Part shown: piece by piece, positions 29,081 through 41,416 of the stretch
How the letters are laid out: each line of letters opens with the position of its first letter
How positions within the stretch are numbered: position 1 is the stretch's first letter
DNA from: Escherichia coli
GTDB lineage: Bacteria > Pseudomonadota > Gammaproteobacteria > Enterobacterales > Enterobacteriaceae
Strand: one strand, 5' to 3'
DNA length: 64,000 nt
Assembly (NCBI RefSeq): GCF_003334405.1
Contig: NZ_QOWM01000002.1
The notes under the pieces: generated by a model
What the model saw: only the letters and a program-made list of their open reading frames with translations
What the model was told of the DNA's origin: nothing
The model's database searches: none
Made by a program: the position numbers and the translations under genes

Positions 29081-30343
29081 CTATTTTAATGGATTGTTGA
29101 TCTTTGCATAATCAAACGGACTGATACATTTCTCTCTGTTCGCATTCAGAAAATCTGCCCACCACTGTAGCATCAGCCGGCGTTCTTCCAGATGTTCGGC
29201 TTTATGGATGTAAGCAGCGCGTACACCGTTACGTTCCTGATGGCTCATCTGACGTTCAACAGCATCGCGGGACCACAAACCTGATTCGATCAGCGCACTA
29301 CATGCCATCGCACGGAATCCATGGCCACAGACATCCTGGGTTGTGTCATACCCCATCACCCTCAGGGCTTTATTTACAGTATTTTCACTGATTGGTTTAC
29401 GCGGGTCATGTGCTCCCGTAAAGATCAGACCATTTTCACCAGCCCATGTCTGTAGTTCTGCCAGTATGGCTACAGCCTGTTTGCTGAGTGGCACAAGATG
29501 TGGTGTTCGCATCTTGGAGCCCCGGTGTGAGAATTTTACGCCAGGCAGAGGTTCGCGTTCGGCTGGAATAGTCCACATGGCATTGTCAATATCAATTTCA
29601 GACCAGCGGGCGTATCTGAGTTCACTGGAACGAATAAAAACCAGTAAATTCAGCATAACTGCCAGTCGGGTGACAGGCTGGCCTTTATAACCGTCAATAC
29701 GCGACAGAAGTTCAGGCAGGCGTGAAAGATCCAGTGCAGGGCGATGCTGGCGTTTTACCGTGGTCAATGCACCAGCCATATCCAGAGCCGGGTTATATCT
29801 GATGATGCCAGACTGTACGGCATAACGCATTACAGCAGATATTCTTTGCTGCAGACGACTGGCGATTTCATAAATTTGTTTAGCTTCTGCAGCACGAACA
29901 GGGATAAGCAGGTCCGGGGTACTGAGTGTTGTGATATCCCGGTTGCCGATAAAGGGGAAAACGTGTGTCTCGAGGCTTTTGAGTACTTTATCGCTGTGTG
30001 ATTGTGCCCATTGTTTATTACTGGCATGCCAGCGTCGTGCAATATGTTCAAAAGAGAGTTGTAAATCAGGGACTACTTTTTTAGCTCTTTTCTGTTCGCA
30101 AGGGTCAATCCCCTCCGAAATCAGTTTTCGGGCCTCATCCCGTTTTGTACGAGCTTCGGAGAGAGAAACTTCTGGATACACACCAAGTGCCAGAGTCTTC
30201 TCCTTACCCAGAATACGATAACGGAGACGCCAGTAACGGGAACCATTAGGATGAACCAGTAGGAACATGCCAGCCCCGTCAGTGAGTTTATAAGCCTTGT
30301 CAGTGGGCTTTGCAGCCCGGATTTTTGCGTCAGTCAGTGCCAT
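29081..30343 (-). CDS. P4-type tyrosine integrase of the pheV island
   Basis: Starts 'MALTDAKIRAAKPTDKAYKLTDGAGMFLLVHPNGSRYWRLRY'; lies ~200 bp from tRNA 3' end. Confidence 0.85.
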   Translation of the reverse strand: MALTDAKIRAAKPTDKAYKLTDGAGMFLLVHPNGSRYWRLRYRILGKEKTLALGVYPEVSLSEARTKRDEARKLISEGIDPCEQKRAKKVVPDLQLSFEHIARRWHASNKQWAQSHSDKVLKSLETHVFPFIGNRDITTLSTPDLLIPVRAAEAKQIYEIASRLQQRISAVMRYAVQSGIIRYNPALDMAGALTTVKRQHRPALDLSRLPELLSRIDGYKGQPVTRLAVMLNLLVFIRSSELRYARWSEIDIDNAMWTIPAEREPLPGVKFSHRGSKMRTPHLVPLSKQAVAILAELQTWAGENGLIFTGAHDPRKPISENTVNKALRVMGYDTTQDVCGHGFRAMACSALIESGLWSRDAVERQMSHQERNGVRAAYIHKAEHLEERRLMLQWWADFLNANREKCISPFDYAKINNPLK

Positions 30344-30540
30344 AGTATAGCCTTCTGAATGCGTTAAAGAGGGTACAAATTCTGTCGAACTGGGGTATAC
30401 CCGCAATTATACCCACACAATGGGGTTGATGTGGGGGGAATCTGGTTGAGTTCGGTAGAATTGATTTGTAGGTAGAACGCTTAAATTGTGGCGTTCTGAA
30501 ACGAAAAACGGACCTCCGTGGAGGTCCGTTGATATGAATT

Positions 30541-30616
30541 TGGTGCCCGGACTCGGAATCGAACCAAGGACACGGGGATTTTCAATCCCCTGCTCTACCG
30601 ACTGAGCTATCCGGGC
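30541..30616 (-). tRNA. pheV: tRNA-Phe (GAA anticodon)
   Basis: 76 nt, reverse complement matches E. coli tRNA-Phe with CCA end, as I recall it. Confidence 0.95.
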
Positions 30617-30721
30617 AACGGGGCGCATTAAACCTGATTCGCCTCGTCTCGTCAATCAAATTTCTTCAATTTACTGCAGACTGCACAATCTATCATCACT
30701 TTGCCGATATTGCACGCATTG

Positions 30722-31429
30722 TCAGGCAAACCAGGCGGTCCAGGCGGCGGAAAGCGGCATTGCCAGAAGGAGTGCTGGAAGCATGTTGACCACCGGGAAC
30801 ATTTTAATGCCACAGATGCGTAATCCGGTTGCCAGCAGCAATAAACCGCCTACGGCGCTGAAGTCTGCCATCATCGACGGTGTGGTCAGCGGTAAAATCA
30901 GCGCGGCAGCCCACGCCAGCGTTAACTGGATGATCAGTAATGGGATACTAATCACCGATACCGCAATACCCAGCGAGCAGGCGAAGATCATCGCCGTAAA
31001 GAAATCAAGAAATGACTTGGCGATTAAAATACTCGGATCGCCGGTCATCCCTTCGTTCATCGCCCCGAAGATCCCGGTGCCGCTGGCGCAAAACAGGACA
31101 ATAATCGCGACATAATTCTGAATAAAAGATTCATGCGCTGGCTTCTTACGTGAGTGACGAAACAGATTTTGTGCTTTGGCGACTGCTGTATTGACACCTT
31201 TCTCCAGCAAACAAATTTCGCCAATTAGAGCGCCAAGTAGCGTAGCTAAAACCATCGCTGGAAGGTTGGCACATTTCACCACCAGTAAAATACCAATCCC
31301 CAGCGATGCCAGACCAAAAATTGATGTCATGGAGACGCGGATACGTTCCGGTAAGCGTTGGCTGAGCAGTGCGCCGAGAACGCCACCCAGTAAGACTGCA
31401 CTAGCGTTGATAAAAGGGCCGATGACCAC
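30722..31429 (-). CDS. yqgA: DUF554-family inner-membrane protein
   Basis: 235 aa, polytopic; K-12 synteny next to pheV. Confidence 0.85.
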
Positions 31430-31826
31430 AAGAGTTCCTGTTAGCTGTATTGTTTGATTTTCTTATTATGACCGTTTGGTGCCGTCGATGGCTTGTTTGT
31501 TCGCAAAGTCCTGGCTTGCACGCTTTAGCGAAAGGTGCCATGATTGCGCGAATTTTCTCCTCTCTGTACGGAGTTTGCCCGATGCACGCCATCTCCTTAC
31601 ATTCTCTCGCTTATCGCCGTTTCGCGCGAAACGTTTCCCTTTCTATGTTACTGCTCATGCGGTGAAGTTAACGCACGCTCACTGCAGGACAACAGTAAAA
31701 TCAGAGCGTTTCTGCTTTTACTGATGTCTGGCGGTCGGAGCTGGTGACCAGTTTGACCCATATCTCATGGGGCAGGGTTTTCCACCTTGTCCGGTATTCT
31801 TACTTCCCCGAAACGGGTTTGCGCTT

Positions 31827-33962
31827 ATGAAATCAATGAATATTGCCGCCAGTAGTGAACTGGTATCCCGACTTTCTTCTCATCGTCGCGTGGTGGCGTT
31901 GGGAGATACTGATTTTACGGACGTCGCGGCAGTCGTCATTACCGCTGCGGATAGTCGCAGTGGCATTCTTGCGTTGCTTAAGCGCACCGGTTTTCATCTA
32001 CCGGTGTTTTTGTATTCCGAACATGCTGTTGAATTACCTGCGGGCGTTACGGCGGTAATCAACGGCAACGAGCAGCAGTGGCTGGAGCTGGAATCCGCAG
32101 CCTGTCAGTATGAAGAGAATTTGCTGCCACCGTTTTATGACACGCTGACGCAGTACGTTGAGATGGGCAACAGCACCTTTGCTTGCCCTGGACATCAACA
32201 TGGTGCGTTTTTTAAAAAGCATCCTGCCGGACGCCATTTTTACGATTTCTTTGGTGAGAACGTCTTTCGCGCCGATATGTGTAACGCTGACGTAAAATTG
32301 GGCGATCTGCTTATTCATGAAGGATCGGCGAAAGATGCGCAGAAATTCGCAGCCAAAGTCTTTCATGCCGATAAAACCTATTTTGTGCTGAACGGCACAT
32401 CGGCAGCGAATAAAGTGGTGACGAATGCGCTGTTAACGCGTGGCGATCTGGTGCTCTTCGACCGTAACAACCATAAGTCGAATCATCACGGCGCGCTGAT
32501 TCAGGCGGGGGCGACGCCGGTCTATCTGGAAGCTTCACGCAACCCGTTTGGTTTCATTGGCGGTATTGATGCGCACTGTTTTAATGAAGAGTATCTGCGC
32601 CAGCAAATTCGCGACGTTGCGCCAGAAAAAGCCGACCTGCCGCGCCCGTATCGCCTGGCGATTATTCAGCTGGGAACCTATGACGGCACTGTCTATAACG
32701 CCCGTCAGGTGATCGATACCGTTGGGCATCTGTGTGATTACATTCTGTTTGATTCCGCGTGGGTCGGTTATGAACAATTTATCCCGATGATGGCGGATAG
32801 CTCGCCGCTGCTGTTAGAACTTAACGAAAACGATCCGGGGATCTTTGTGACTCAGTCGGTGCACAAACAGCAGGCGGGATTCTCACAGACGTCGCAGATC
32901 CATAAAAAAGATAACCATATCCGCGGACAGGCGCGTTTTTGCCCGCATAAGCGGTTGAATAACGCCTTTATGCTCCATGCTTCTACCAGCCCTTTCTATC
33001 CGCTGTTTGCTGCACTGGATGTTAACGCCAAAATTCATGAAGGGGAGAGTGGGCGTCGGCTGTGGGCTGAGTGTGTTGAGATAGGGATTGAAGCGCGCAA
33101 GGCTATTCTTGCGCGCTGTAAGCTGTTCCGCCCGTTTATCCCGCCCGTTGTTGATGGCAAATTGTGGCAGGATTATCCGACATCAGTGTTAGCCAGCGAC
33201 CGCCGTTTTTTCAGTTTTGAGCCGGGGGCGAAGTGGCACGGCTTTGAAGGATATGCCGCGGATCAGTATTTTGTTGATCCGTGCAAGCTGTTACTCACTA
33301 CACCAGGTATCGATGCCGAAACCGGCGAATATAGCGACTTTGGCGTTCCGGCGACGATTCTGGCGCACTATCTGCGTGAGAACGGCATTGTGCCGGAGAA
33401 GTGCGATCTCAACTCCATTCTGTTTTTATTAACTCCGGCGGAAAGCCACGAGAAGCTGGCACAACTGGTGGCGATGCTGGCGCAATTTGAACAGCATATT
33501 GAGGATGACTCGCCGCTGGTTGAGGTGTTGCCGAGCGTTTATAACAAGTATCCGGTGCGCTATCGCGACTACACCCTGCGCCAGTTGTGTCAGGAGATGC
33601 ACGATCTGTATGTCAGTTTCGACGTCAAAGACCTACAAAAAGCGATGTTCCGCCAGCAGAGTTTCCCGTCAGTGGTGATGAACCCCCAGGATGCGCATAG
33701 CGCTTATATTCGCGGTGACGTGGAGTTGGTGCGGATTCGTGATGCCGAAGGGCGAATTGCGGCAGAAGGGGCGTTGCCTTATCCACCTGGCGTGCTTTGC
33801 GTGGTACCCGGGGAAGTCTGGGGTGGGGCGGTTCAACGTTATTTCCTTGCACTGGAAGAAGGGGTGAATTTGTTGCCGGGATTTTCGCCGGAGCTGCAAG
33901 GTGTTTATAGCGAAACCGATGCGGATGGCGTGAAACGGTTGTACGGTTATGTGTTGAAGTAA
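31827..33962 (+). CDS. speC: Ornithine decarboxylase, constitutive
   Basis: 711 aa from ATG 'MKSMNIAASS'; Orn/Lys/Arg decarboxylase family. Confidence 0.9.
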   Translation: MKSMNIAASSELVSRLSSHRRVVALGDTDFTDVAAVVITAADSRSGILALLKRTGFHLPVFLYSEHAVELPAGVTAVINGNEQQWLELESAACQYEENLLPPFYDTLTQYVEMGNSTFACPGHQHGAFFKKHPAGRHFYDFFGENVFRADMCNADVKLGDLLIHEGSAKDAQKFAAKVFHADKTYFVLNGTSAANKVVTNALLTRGDLVLFDRNNHKSNHHGALIQAGATPVYLEASRNPFGFIGGIDAHCFNEEYLRQQIRDVAPEKADLPRPYRLAIIQLGTYDGTVYNARQVIDTVGHLCDYILFDSAWVGYEQFIPMMADSSPLLLELNENDPGIFVTQSVHKQQAGFSQTSQIHKKDNHIRGQARFCPHKRLNNAFMLHASTSPFYPLFAALDVNAKIHEGESGRRLWAECVEIGIEARKAILARCKLFRPFIPPVVDGKLWQDYPTSVLASDRRFFSFEPGAKWHGFEGYAADQYFVDPCKLLLTTPGIDAETGEYSDFGVPATILAHYLRENGIVPEKCDLNSILFLLTPAESHEKLAQLVAMLAQFEQHIEDDSPLVEVLPSVYNKYPVRYRDYTLRQLCQEMHDLYVSFDVKDLQKAMFRQQSFPSVVMNPQDAHSAYIRGDVELVRIRDAEGRIAAEGALPYPPGVLCVVPGEVWGGAVQRYFLALEEGVNLLPGFSPELQGVYSETDADGVKRLYGYVLK

Positions 33963-33964
33963 GA

Positions 33965-34006
33965 ATAAAAAAAACGGGTCACCTTCTGGCGACCCGTTTT
34001 TCTTTG
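33965..34006. terminator. Bidirectional rho-independent terminator, speC/nupG
   Basis: A-run, hairpin 'aacgggtcaccttctggcgacccgtt', T-run. Confidence 0.8.
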
Positions 34007-34011
34007 CGTAA

Positions 34012-35268
34012 TTAGTGGCTAACCGTCTGTGTGCCTGTCGGGACACGAACGTGTTTATATTTGAACATCGCCATGAACGCGAAGGCCAGAACCACGGAGT
34101 AACCAGCGAAAATCAACCATACGGTCTGCCAGTCGGTAATGCCGTTTTGGGTGTACATCTCAACAACTTTACCGCTCACGATGCCGCCGAGGATACAGCC
34201 GAAGCCGTTAGTCATCATCAGGAACATCCCTTGTGCACTGGCGCGAATTGCCGGGCTAACTTCTTTTTCGACAAACACCGAACCAGAGATGTTGAAGAAG
34301 TCGAATGCGCAACCGTAAACGATCATCGACAGTACCAGCAGTACAGTACCGAACGGAGTCGGGTCGCCGTAAGCAAACAGCGCAAAACGCAGGATCCACG
34401 CCACAATACTGATCATCATTACGTTCTTAATACCGTAGCGGCTTAAGAAGAACGGGATGGTCAGAATGAACAGGGTTTCAGAGATCTGCGAAATCGACAT
34501 GATGATTGACGCATGCTGCACAATAAAGCTGCTGGCAAACATCGGATCTTTGTCGAAGCTGTGCAGGAAGGTATTACCGAACATGTTGGTAATCTGCAGT
34601 TCCGCGCCCAGCAGCATTGAGAAGATAAAGAAGATTGCCATACGCTTGTTTTTAAACAGCGCGAATGCATCGAGGCCCAGCAGGGTTGTCCAGCTCTGAT
34701 TCGCTTGCTGTTTAGCAACCGGAATATGCGGCAGAGTCAGGGTAAACAGAACCAGAATGGCGGAAAGTGCTGCGCCAATATACAGCTGCATGTGGCTTAA
34801 TTCGAAGCCAGACAGGCTCACCACCCACATTGCCATGATAAAGCCGATGGTGCCCCAGATACGGATTGGCGGGAAGTCAGTAACGATATCCATCCCGGCA
34901 TTTTGCAGGCGATAGTAAGAGATGGTGTTGATTAACCCAAGCGTTGGCATATAAGCAAACGAGTTAATCAATATCACAAGGAACATCGCTTCCGGTGTCG
35001 TGACCTGTGCCGCCATGAACAGCGTGATAGCGCCAATGGTGTGGCAAATGGCATATACCCATTTCGCACTTAACCATTTGTCGGCCACAATCCCCAGCAG
35101 CGCAGGCATAAAGACCGCTGCGATACCCAGTGAGCTATAAACTGCGCCAATAGAAGCACCGTCAAACTTCAGGGTAACAAACATATAGGAGCCGAGGGTC
35201 GTCAGCCAACTTCCCCACAGACAGAACTGCAGAAAAGAGAGGATTTTCAGCTGCAGCTTAAGATTCAT
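34012..35268 (-). CDS. nupG: Nucleoside:H+ symporter
   Basis: 418 aa from 'MNLKLQLKILSFLQF'; MFS transporter. Confidence 0.9.
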   Translation of the reverse strand: MNLKLQLKILSFLQFCLWGSWLTTLGSYMFVTLKFDGASIGAVYSSLGIAAVFMPALLGIVADKWLSAKWVYAICHTIGAITLFMAAQVTTPEAMFLVILINSFAYMPTLGLINTISYYRLQNAGMDIVTDFPPIRIWGTIGFIMAMWVVSLSGFELSHMQLYIGAALSAILVLFTLTLPHIPVAKQQANQSWTTLLGLDAFALFKNKRMAIFFIFSMLLGAELQITNMFGNTFLHSFDKDPMFASSFIVQHASIIMSISQISETLFILTIPFFLSRYGIKNVMMISIVAWILRFALFAYGDPTPFGTVLLVLSMIVYGCAFDFFNISGSVFVEKEVSPAIRASAQGMFLMMTNGFGCILGGIVSGKVVEMYTQNGITDWQTVWLIFAGYSVVLAFAFMAMFKYKHVRVPTGTQTVSH

Positions 35269-35469
35269 GTTAATTTCCTCACATCGTGATGCGGATGAGT
35301 GTTTGAAAAAGCACATTTGACCGTGCGAGATGATGGGATTCTATCAACTTCGCGGACTGGTTTTTTGTTACCTGTGGCAAATAATTGCAAACATTCCCAA
35401 TTTGCAAAACGAAATTGTGATGTGGATAACATTTTTGCCCCTGAGCATCGTCAGGGGCGGTTAATGGAA

Positions 35470-36576
<1,107 letters not shown>

Positions 36577-36613
36577 TTATGCAAGTTGCCGGAGGCGTGC
36601 TCCGGCACTGTTT

Positions 36614-36892
<279 letters not shown>

Positions 36893-36916
36893 TCATCCTC
36901 TTTATCGACTCACGCG

Positions 36917-37969
36917 CTAAACCGGCGCGCCAGTGCGTAACTGCTGTAACAAACGCTCCACGGGAGCCGCCAGGCCAACTGACGGCGGTTGCGCTAAGTT
37001 ATACCAGAGCGCATTGCCTTCATCCATGCAGCCGGTGAATGACGACACGGGAAGCCACATAGGCACAATATCTAAGTGGAAATGGCTGAAGGTATGCCGA
37101 AACGCGGTCAGTTGCGTCAGGTTATCGGCAGCAATCTGCCGTTGCGCCAGCCACTGCCGCAAACTTTCTTCGTCGGCAAACTGCGGGAAACAGTATAAAC
37201 CGCCCCACAATCCGCTCGGCGGACGCTGCGCCAGCAATACTTCATCTTCGTGCTGTAATAGCAAAAAGTAGCCGGTGCGCTCCGGCAGCGTCTGTTTCGG
37301 TTTTTTGCCCGGATAAAGCGCCCAGCTATTGTTGGCGGCGGCAATACATCCGTTTTGTAGCGGACAGAGCGAACATTTCGGTTTCGAGCGCGTACAAATC
37401 ATCGCACCCAAATCCATCATCGCCTGATTAAACCGTTCCACGCCAACCGCGGGCGTCACCTGCTCGCTCAAACTCCATAATTTATTCTCGACCTCTTTTT
37501 TCCCAGGCCAGCCGCTTACAGCATAGCAGCGCGCCAGCACGCGTTTGACGTTACCGTCGAGAATCGGAAAGTGCTTACCCAGAGAAAGCGAGAGAATCGC
37601 GCCTGCGGTGGAACGCCCGACGCCCGGCAGTGCTGCAACTTCCTCAAAGGTTTCCGGGAATTTACCGCCGTGTAAGGTCGCCACTTGTTGTGCCGCTTTA
37701 TGCAGATTGCGCGCGCGGGCGTAATAGCCAAGCCCGGTCCACAAGTGGAGAACTTCGTCGAGCGGCGCATTGGCGAGATCGGTCACCGTCGGGAAGCGCG
37801 CCATAAAGCGTTCAAAATAGGGGATAACGGTCGCAACCTGAGTTTGTTGCAACATCACTTCTGAGAGCCATACTTTGTAGGGCGTCTTGTCAATTTGCCA
37901 GGGCAGAGTTTTTCGCCCGTATTTATCGTACCAGTCCAGAACCTGGGCTGAAAATTGCGACGCTTGCAT
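36917..37969 (-). CDS. mutY: Adenine DNA glycosylase
   Basis: 350 aa from '[14 protein letters not shown]'; HhH-GPD glycosylase with Fe-S cluster cysteines. Confidence 0.9.
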   Translation of the reverse strand: MQASQFSAQVLDWYDKYGRKTLPWQIDKTPYKVWLSEVMLQQTQVATVIPYFERFMARFPTVTDLANAPLDEVLHLWTGLGYYARARNLHKAAQQVATLHGGKFPETFEEVAALPGVGRSTAGAILSLSLGKHFPILDGNVKRVLARCYAVSGWPGKKEVENKLWSLSEQVTPAVGVERFNQAMMDLGAMICTRSKPKCSLCPLQNGCIAAANNSWALYPGKKPKQTLPERTGYFLLLQHEDEVLLAQRPPSGLWGGLYCFPQFADEESLRQWLAQRQIAADNLTQLTAFRHTFSHFHLDIVPMWLPVSSFTGCMDEGNALWYNLAQPPSVGLAAPVERLLQQLRTGAPV

Positions 37970-38129
37970 GGTCACCGAATTCACTGTTGTTGGGGGCAAG
38001 ATTGCAGCACAGCGACGGCAGGGTGTAAACCGGAACTTTCCGCAGCCACGGCCTTATCATGCTTGCATCCGGCAACTAACTTTGGATAATGCCCGTTTTC
38101 AGAACACTTTCACAAGCGACTAAACCTTT

Positions 38130-38849
38130 ATGAAAAACGACGTCATTTCACCGGAATTTGATGAAAACGGCCGCCCACTGCGCCGTATCCGTAGTTTTGT
38201 GCGCCGCCAGGGGCGACTGACCAAAGGCCAGGAACATGCGCTGGAAAACTACTGGCCGGTGATGGGCGTTGAGTTCAGCGAAGATATGCTGGATTTCCCC
38301 GCGCTTTTTGGCCGTGAAGCGCCGGTGACGCTTGAGATTGGTTTTGGCATGGGGGCGTCGCTGGTGGCAATGGCTAAAGATCGCCCTGAGCAGGACTTCC
38401 TCGGCATTGAAGTGCATTCACCGGGCGTTGGTGCGTGCCTGGCTTCTGCGCATGAAGAAGGTTTAAGCAACCTGCGCGTGATGTGTCACGATGCGGTTGA
38501 AGTGCTGCATAAAATGATTCCTGACAATTCATTGCGCATGGTGCAGCTCTTTTTCCCTGACCCGTGGCACAAAGCGCGCCATAATAAACGCCGTATCGTT
38601 CAGGTGCCGTTTGCCGAACTGGTAAAAAGCAAACTGCAGCTGGGGGGCGTATTCCATATGGCGACCGACTGGGAACCTTATGCGGAACATATGCTTGAAG
38701 TGATGTCTTCTATTGACGGTTATAAAAACCTGTCAGAGAGCAATGATTACGTACCGCGTCCGGCATCACGTCCGGTGACGAAATTTGAACAACGTGGTCA
38801 TCGTCTTGGTCACGGAGTATGGGACTTAATGTTCGAGAGGGTGAAATAA
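38130..38849 (+). CDS. trmB: tRNA (guanine46-N7)-methyltransferase
   Basis: 239 aa; SAM methyltransferase motif 'LEIGFGMG'. Confidence 0.9.
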   Translation: MKNDVISPEFDENGRPLRRIRSFVRRQGRLTKGQEHALENYWPVMGVEFSEDMLDFPALFGREAPVTLEIGFGMGASLVAMAKDRPEQDFLGIEVHSPGVGACLASAHEEGLSNLRVMCHDAVEVLHKMIPDNSLRMVQLFFPDPWHKARHNKRRIVQVPFAELVKSKLQLGGVFHMATDWEPYAEHMLEVMSSIDGYKNLSESNDYVPRPASRPVTKFEQRGHRLGHGVWDLMFERVK

Positions 38850-39175
38850 TGGCAAAGAACCGTAGCCGTCGTCTGCGTAAAAAAATGCACATCGACGAAT
38901 TCCAGGAATTAGGATTTTCGGTGGCATGGCGATTCCCGGAAGGTACATCGGAAGAACAGATTGATAAAACCGTTGATGATTTTATTAACGAGGTTATCGA
39001 ACCGAACAAACTGGCCTTTGACGGCAGCGGTTATCTGGCCTGGGAAGGTCTGATCTGCATGCAGGAAATCGGCAAATGCACCGAAGAACATCAGGCGATT
39101 GTGCGTAAGTGGCTGGAAGAGCGCAAACTGGATGAGGTACGCACCAGCGAACTTTTCGACGTTTGGTGGGACTAA
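38849..39175 (+). CDS. yggL: DUF469 protein
   Basis: 108 aa from '[12 protein letters not shown]'; start overlaps trmB stop. Confidence 0.85.
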   Translation: MAKNRSRRLRKKMHIDEFQELGFSVAWRFPEGTSEEQIDKTVDDFINEVIEPNKLAFDGSGYLAWEGLICMQEIGKCTEEHQAIVRKWLEERKLDEVRTSELFDVWWD

Positions 39176-39204
39176 GAAAGCATACGGGCGATGACAAATG
39201 CAAA

Positions 39205-39290
39205 ACTGCCTGATGCGCTACGCTTATCAGGCCTGGAAAGATGCACGATCGAGTAGGCGGGATAAGGTGTTTACGCCGCATCCGGCATGG
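39205..39290. repeat. REP/BIME palindromic elements
   Basis: 'gcctgatgcgctacgcttatcaggcc' and 'gccgcatccggca' motifs. Confidence 0.7.
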
Positions 39291-39358
39291 AAAACGCGTA
39301 CTTTGTTATCAATCTGGGGCCAGCAAATGCTGGCCTGATTTTTTCTTGAGGGAAGACT

Positions 39359-40078
39359 ATGATGCGCAAAATGCTGCTGGCGGCAGCACTTTCAGTGACG
39401 GCAATGACCGCTCACGCCGACTACCAGTGCAGCGTCACGCCGCGTGACGATGTGATTGTCAGCCCGCAAACCGTGCAGGTGAAGGGCGAAAACGGCAATC
39501 TGGTGATCACGCCAGACGGCAACGTGATGTATAACGGTAAGCAATATTCCCTGAATGCCGCCCAGCGCGAGCAGGCGAAGGATTATCAGGCTGAACTACG
39601 CAGCACGCTGCCGTGGATTGATGAAGGCGCGAAAAGCCGCGTCGAGAAAGCCCGTATTGCTCTGGATAAAATTATCGTTCAGGAGATGGGCGAAAGCAGC
39701 AAAATGCGCAGCCGTCTGACCAAACTTGATGCGCAGCTGAAAGAGCAGATGAACCGCATTATTGAAACGCGCAGCGATGGCCTGACGTTTCACTATAAAG
39801 CCATTGATCAGGTTCGCGCCGAAGGCCAGCAATTAGTGAATCAGGCAATGGGTGGAATTTTACAGGACAGCATTAATGAAATGGGCGCGAAAGCGGTGCT
39901 GAAAAGCGGCGGTAACCCATTACAGAATGTGCTGGGAAGCCTGGGGGGGCTGCAATCCTCAATCCAAACCGAGTGGAAAAAGCAGGAAAAAGATTTCCAG
40001 CAGTTTGGCAAAGATGTTTGTAGCCGCGTTGTGACTCTGGAAGATAGCCGCAAAGCCCTGGTCGGGAATTTAAAATAA
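39359..40078 (+). CDS. yggN: DUF2884 periplasmic protein
   Basis: 239 aa with signal peptide 'MMRKMLLAAALSVTAMTAHA'. Confidence 0.85.
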   Translation: MMRKMLLAAALSVTAMTAHADYQCSVTPRDDVIVSPQTVQVKGENGNLVITPDGNVMYNGKQYSLNAAQREQAKDYQAELRSTLPWIDEGAKSRVEKARIALDKIIVQEMGESSKMRSRLTKLDAQLKEQMNRIIETRSDGLTFHYKAIDQVRAEGQQLVNQAMGGILQDSINEMGAKAVLKSGGNPLQNVLGSLGGLQSSIQTEWKKQEKDFQQFGKDVCSRVVTLEDSRKALVGNLK

Positions 40079-40253
40079 TCCTCTATTTTAAGACGGCATA
40101 ATACTTTTTTATGCCGTTTAATTCTTCGTTTTGTTACCTGCCTCTAACTTTGTAGATCTCCAAAATATATTCACGTTGTAAATTGTTTAACGTCAAATTT
40201 CCCATACAGAGCTAAGGGATAATGCGTAGCGTTCACGTAACTGGAGGAATGAA

Positions 40254-41300
40254 ATGGAGTTTTTCAAAAAGACGGCACTTGCCGCACTGGTTATGGGTTT
40301 TAGTGGTGCAGCATTGGCATTACCCAATATCACCATTTTAGCAACCGGCGGGACCATTGCCGGTGGTGGTGACTCCGCAACCAAATCTAACTACACAGCG
40401 GGTAAAGTTGGCGTAGAAAATCTGGTTAATGCGGTGCCGCAACTAAAAGACATTGCGAACGTTAAAGGCGAGCAGGTAGTGAATATCGGCTCCCAGGACA
40501 TGAACGATAATGTCTGGCTGACACTGGCGAAAAAAATTAACACCGACTGCGATAAGACCGACGGCTTCGTCATTACCCACGGTACCGACACGATGGAAGA
40601 AACTGCTTACTTCCTCGACCTGACGGTGAAATGCGACAAACCGGTGGTGATGGTCGGCGCAATGCGTCCGTCCACGTCTATGAGCGCAGACGGTCCATTC
40701 AACCTGTATAACGCGGTAGTGACCGCAGCTGATAAAGCCTCCGCCAACCGTGGCGTGCTGGTAGTGATGAATGACACCGTGCTTGATGGCCGTGACGTCA
40801 CCAAAACCAACACCACCGACGTAGCGACCTTCAAGTCTGTTAACTACGGTCCTCTGGGTTACATTCACAACGGTAAGATTGACTACCAGCGTACCCCGGC
40901 ACGTAAGCATACCAGCGACACGCCATTCGATGTCTCTAAGCTGAATGAACTGCCGAAAGTCGGCATTGTTTATAACTACGCTAACGCATCCGATCTTCCG
41001 GCTAAAGCACTGGTAGATGCGGGCTATGATGGCATCGTTAGCGCTGGTGTGGGTAACGGCAACCTGTATAAATCTGTGTTCGACACGCTGGCGACCGCCG
41101 CGAAAACCGGTACTGCAGTCGTGCGTTCTTCCCGCGTACCGACGGGCGCTACCACTCAGGATGCCGAAGTGGATGATGCGAAATACGGCTTCGTCGCCTC
41201 TGGCACGCTGAACCCGCAAAAAGCGCGCGTTCTGCTGCAACTGGCTCTGACGCAAACCAAAGATCCGCAGCAGATCCAGCAGATCTTCAATCAGTACTAA
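40254..41300 (+). CDS. ansB: Periplasmic L-asparaginase II
   Basis: 348 aa; signal peptide; asparaginase motif 'ILATGGTIAGG'. Confidence 0.95.
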   Translation: MEFFKKTALAALVMGFSGAALALPNITILATGGTIAGGGDSATKSNYTAGKVGVENLVNAVPQLKDIANVKGEQVVNIGSQDMNDNVWLTLAKKINTDCDKTDGFVITHGTDTMEETAYFLDLTVKCDKPVVMVGAMRPSTSMSADGPFNLYNAVVTAADKASANRGVLVVMNDTVLDGRDVTKTNTTDVATFKSVNYGPLGYIHNGKIDYQRTPARKHTSDTPFDVSKLNELPKVGIVYNYANASDLPAKALVDAGYDGIVSAGVGNGNLYKSVFDTLATAAKTGTAVVRSSRVPTGATTQDAEVDDAKYGFVASGTLNPQKARVLLQLALTQTKDPQQIQQIFNQY

Positions 41301-41304
41301 TCGC

Positions 41305-41334
41305 CTCGCCCCGGTATCGTGCCGGGGCTTTTTC
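41305..41334 (+). terminator. Rho-independent terminator after ansB
   Basis: Hairpin 'gccccggtatcgtgccggggc' followed by ttttt. Confidence 0.8.
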
Positions 41335-41416
41335 ACTTCAGACTCACGTCCATTGCCAATTTTAATTACCCTAATGATAATCACCGGAATAAATTATTCC
41401 GCGTGAGGTTTTTCGG

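Noticed and set aside
40443-41384. 313-aa minus-strand ORF
   Set aside because: Antisense to ansB, which has a signal peptide and a clear asparaginase motif. The antisense frame is His/Arg/Val-rich with no motif.
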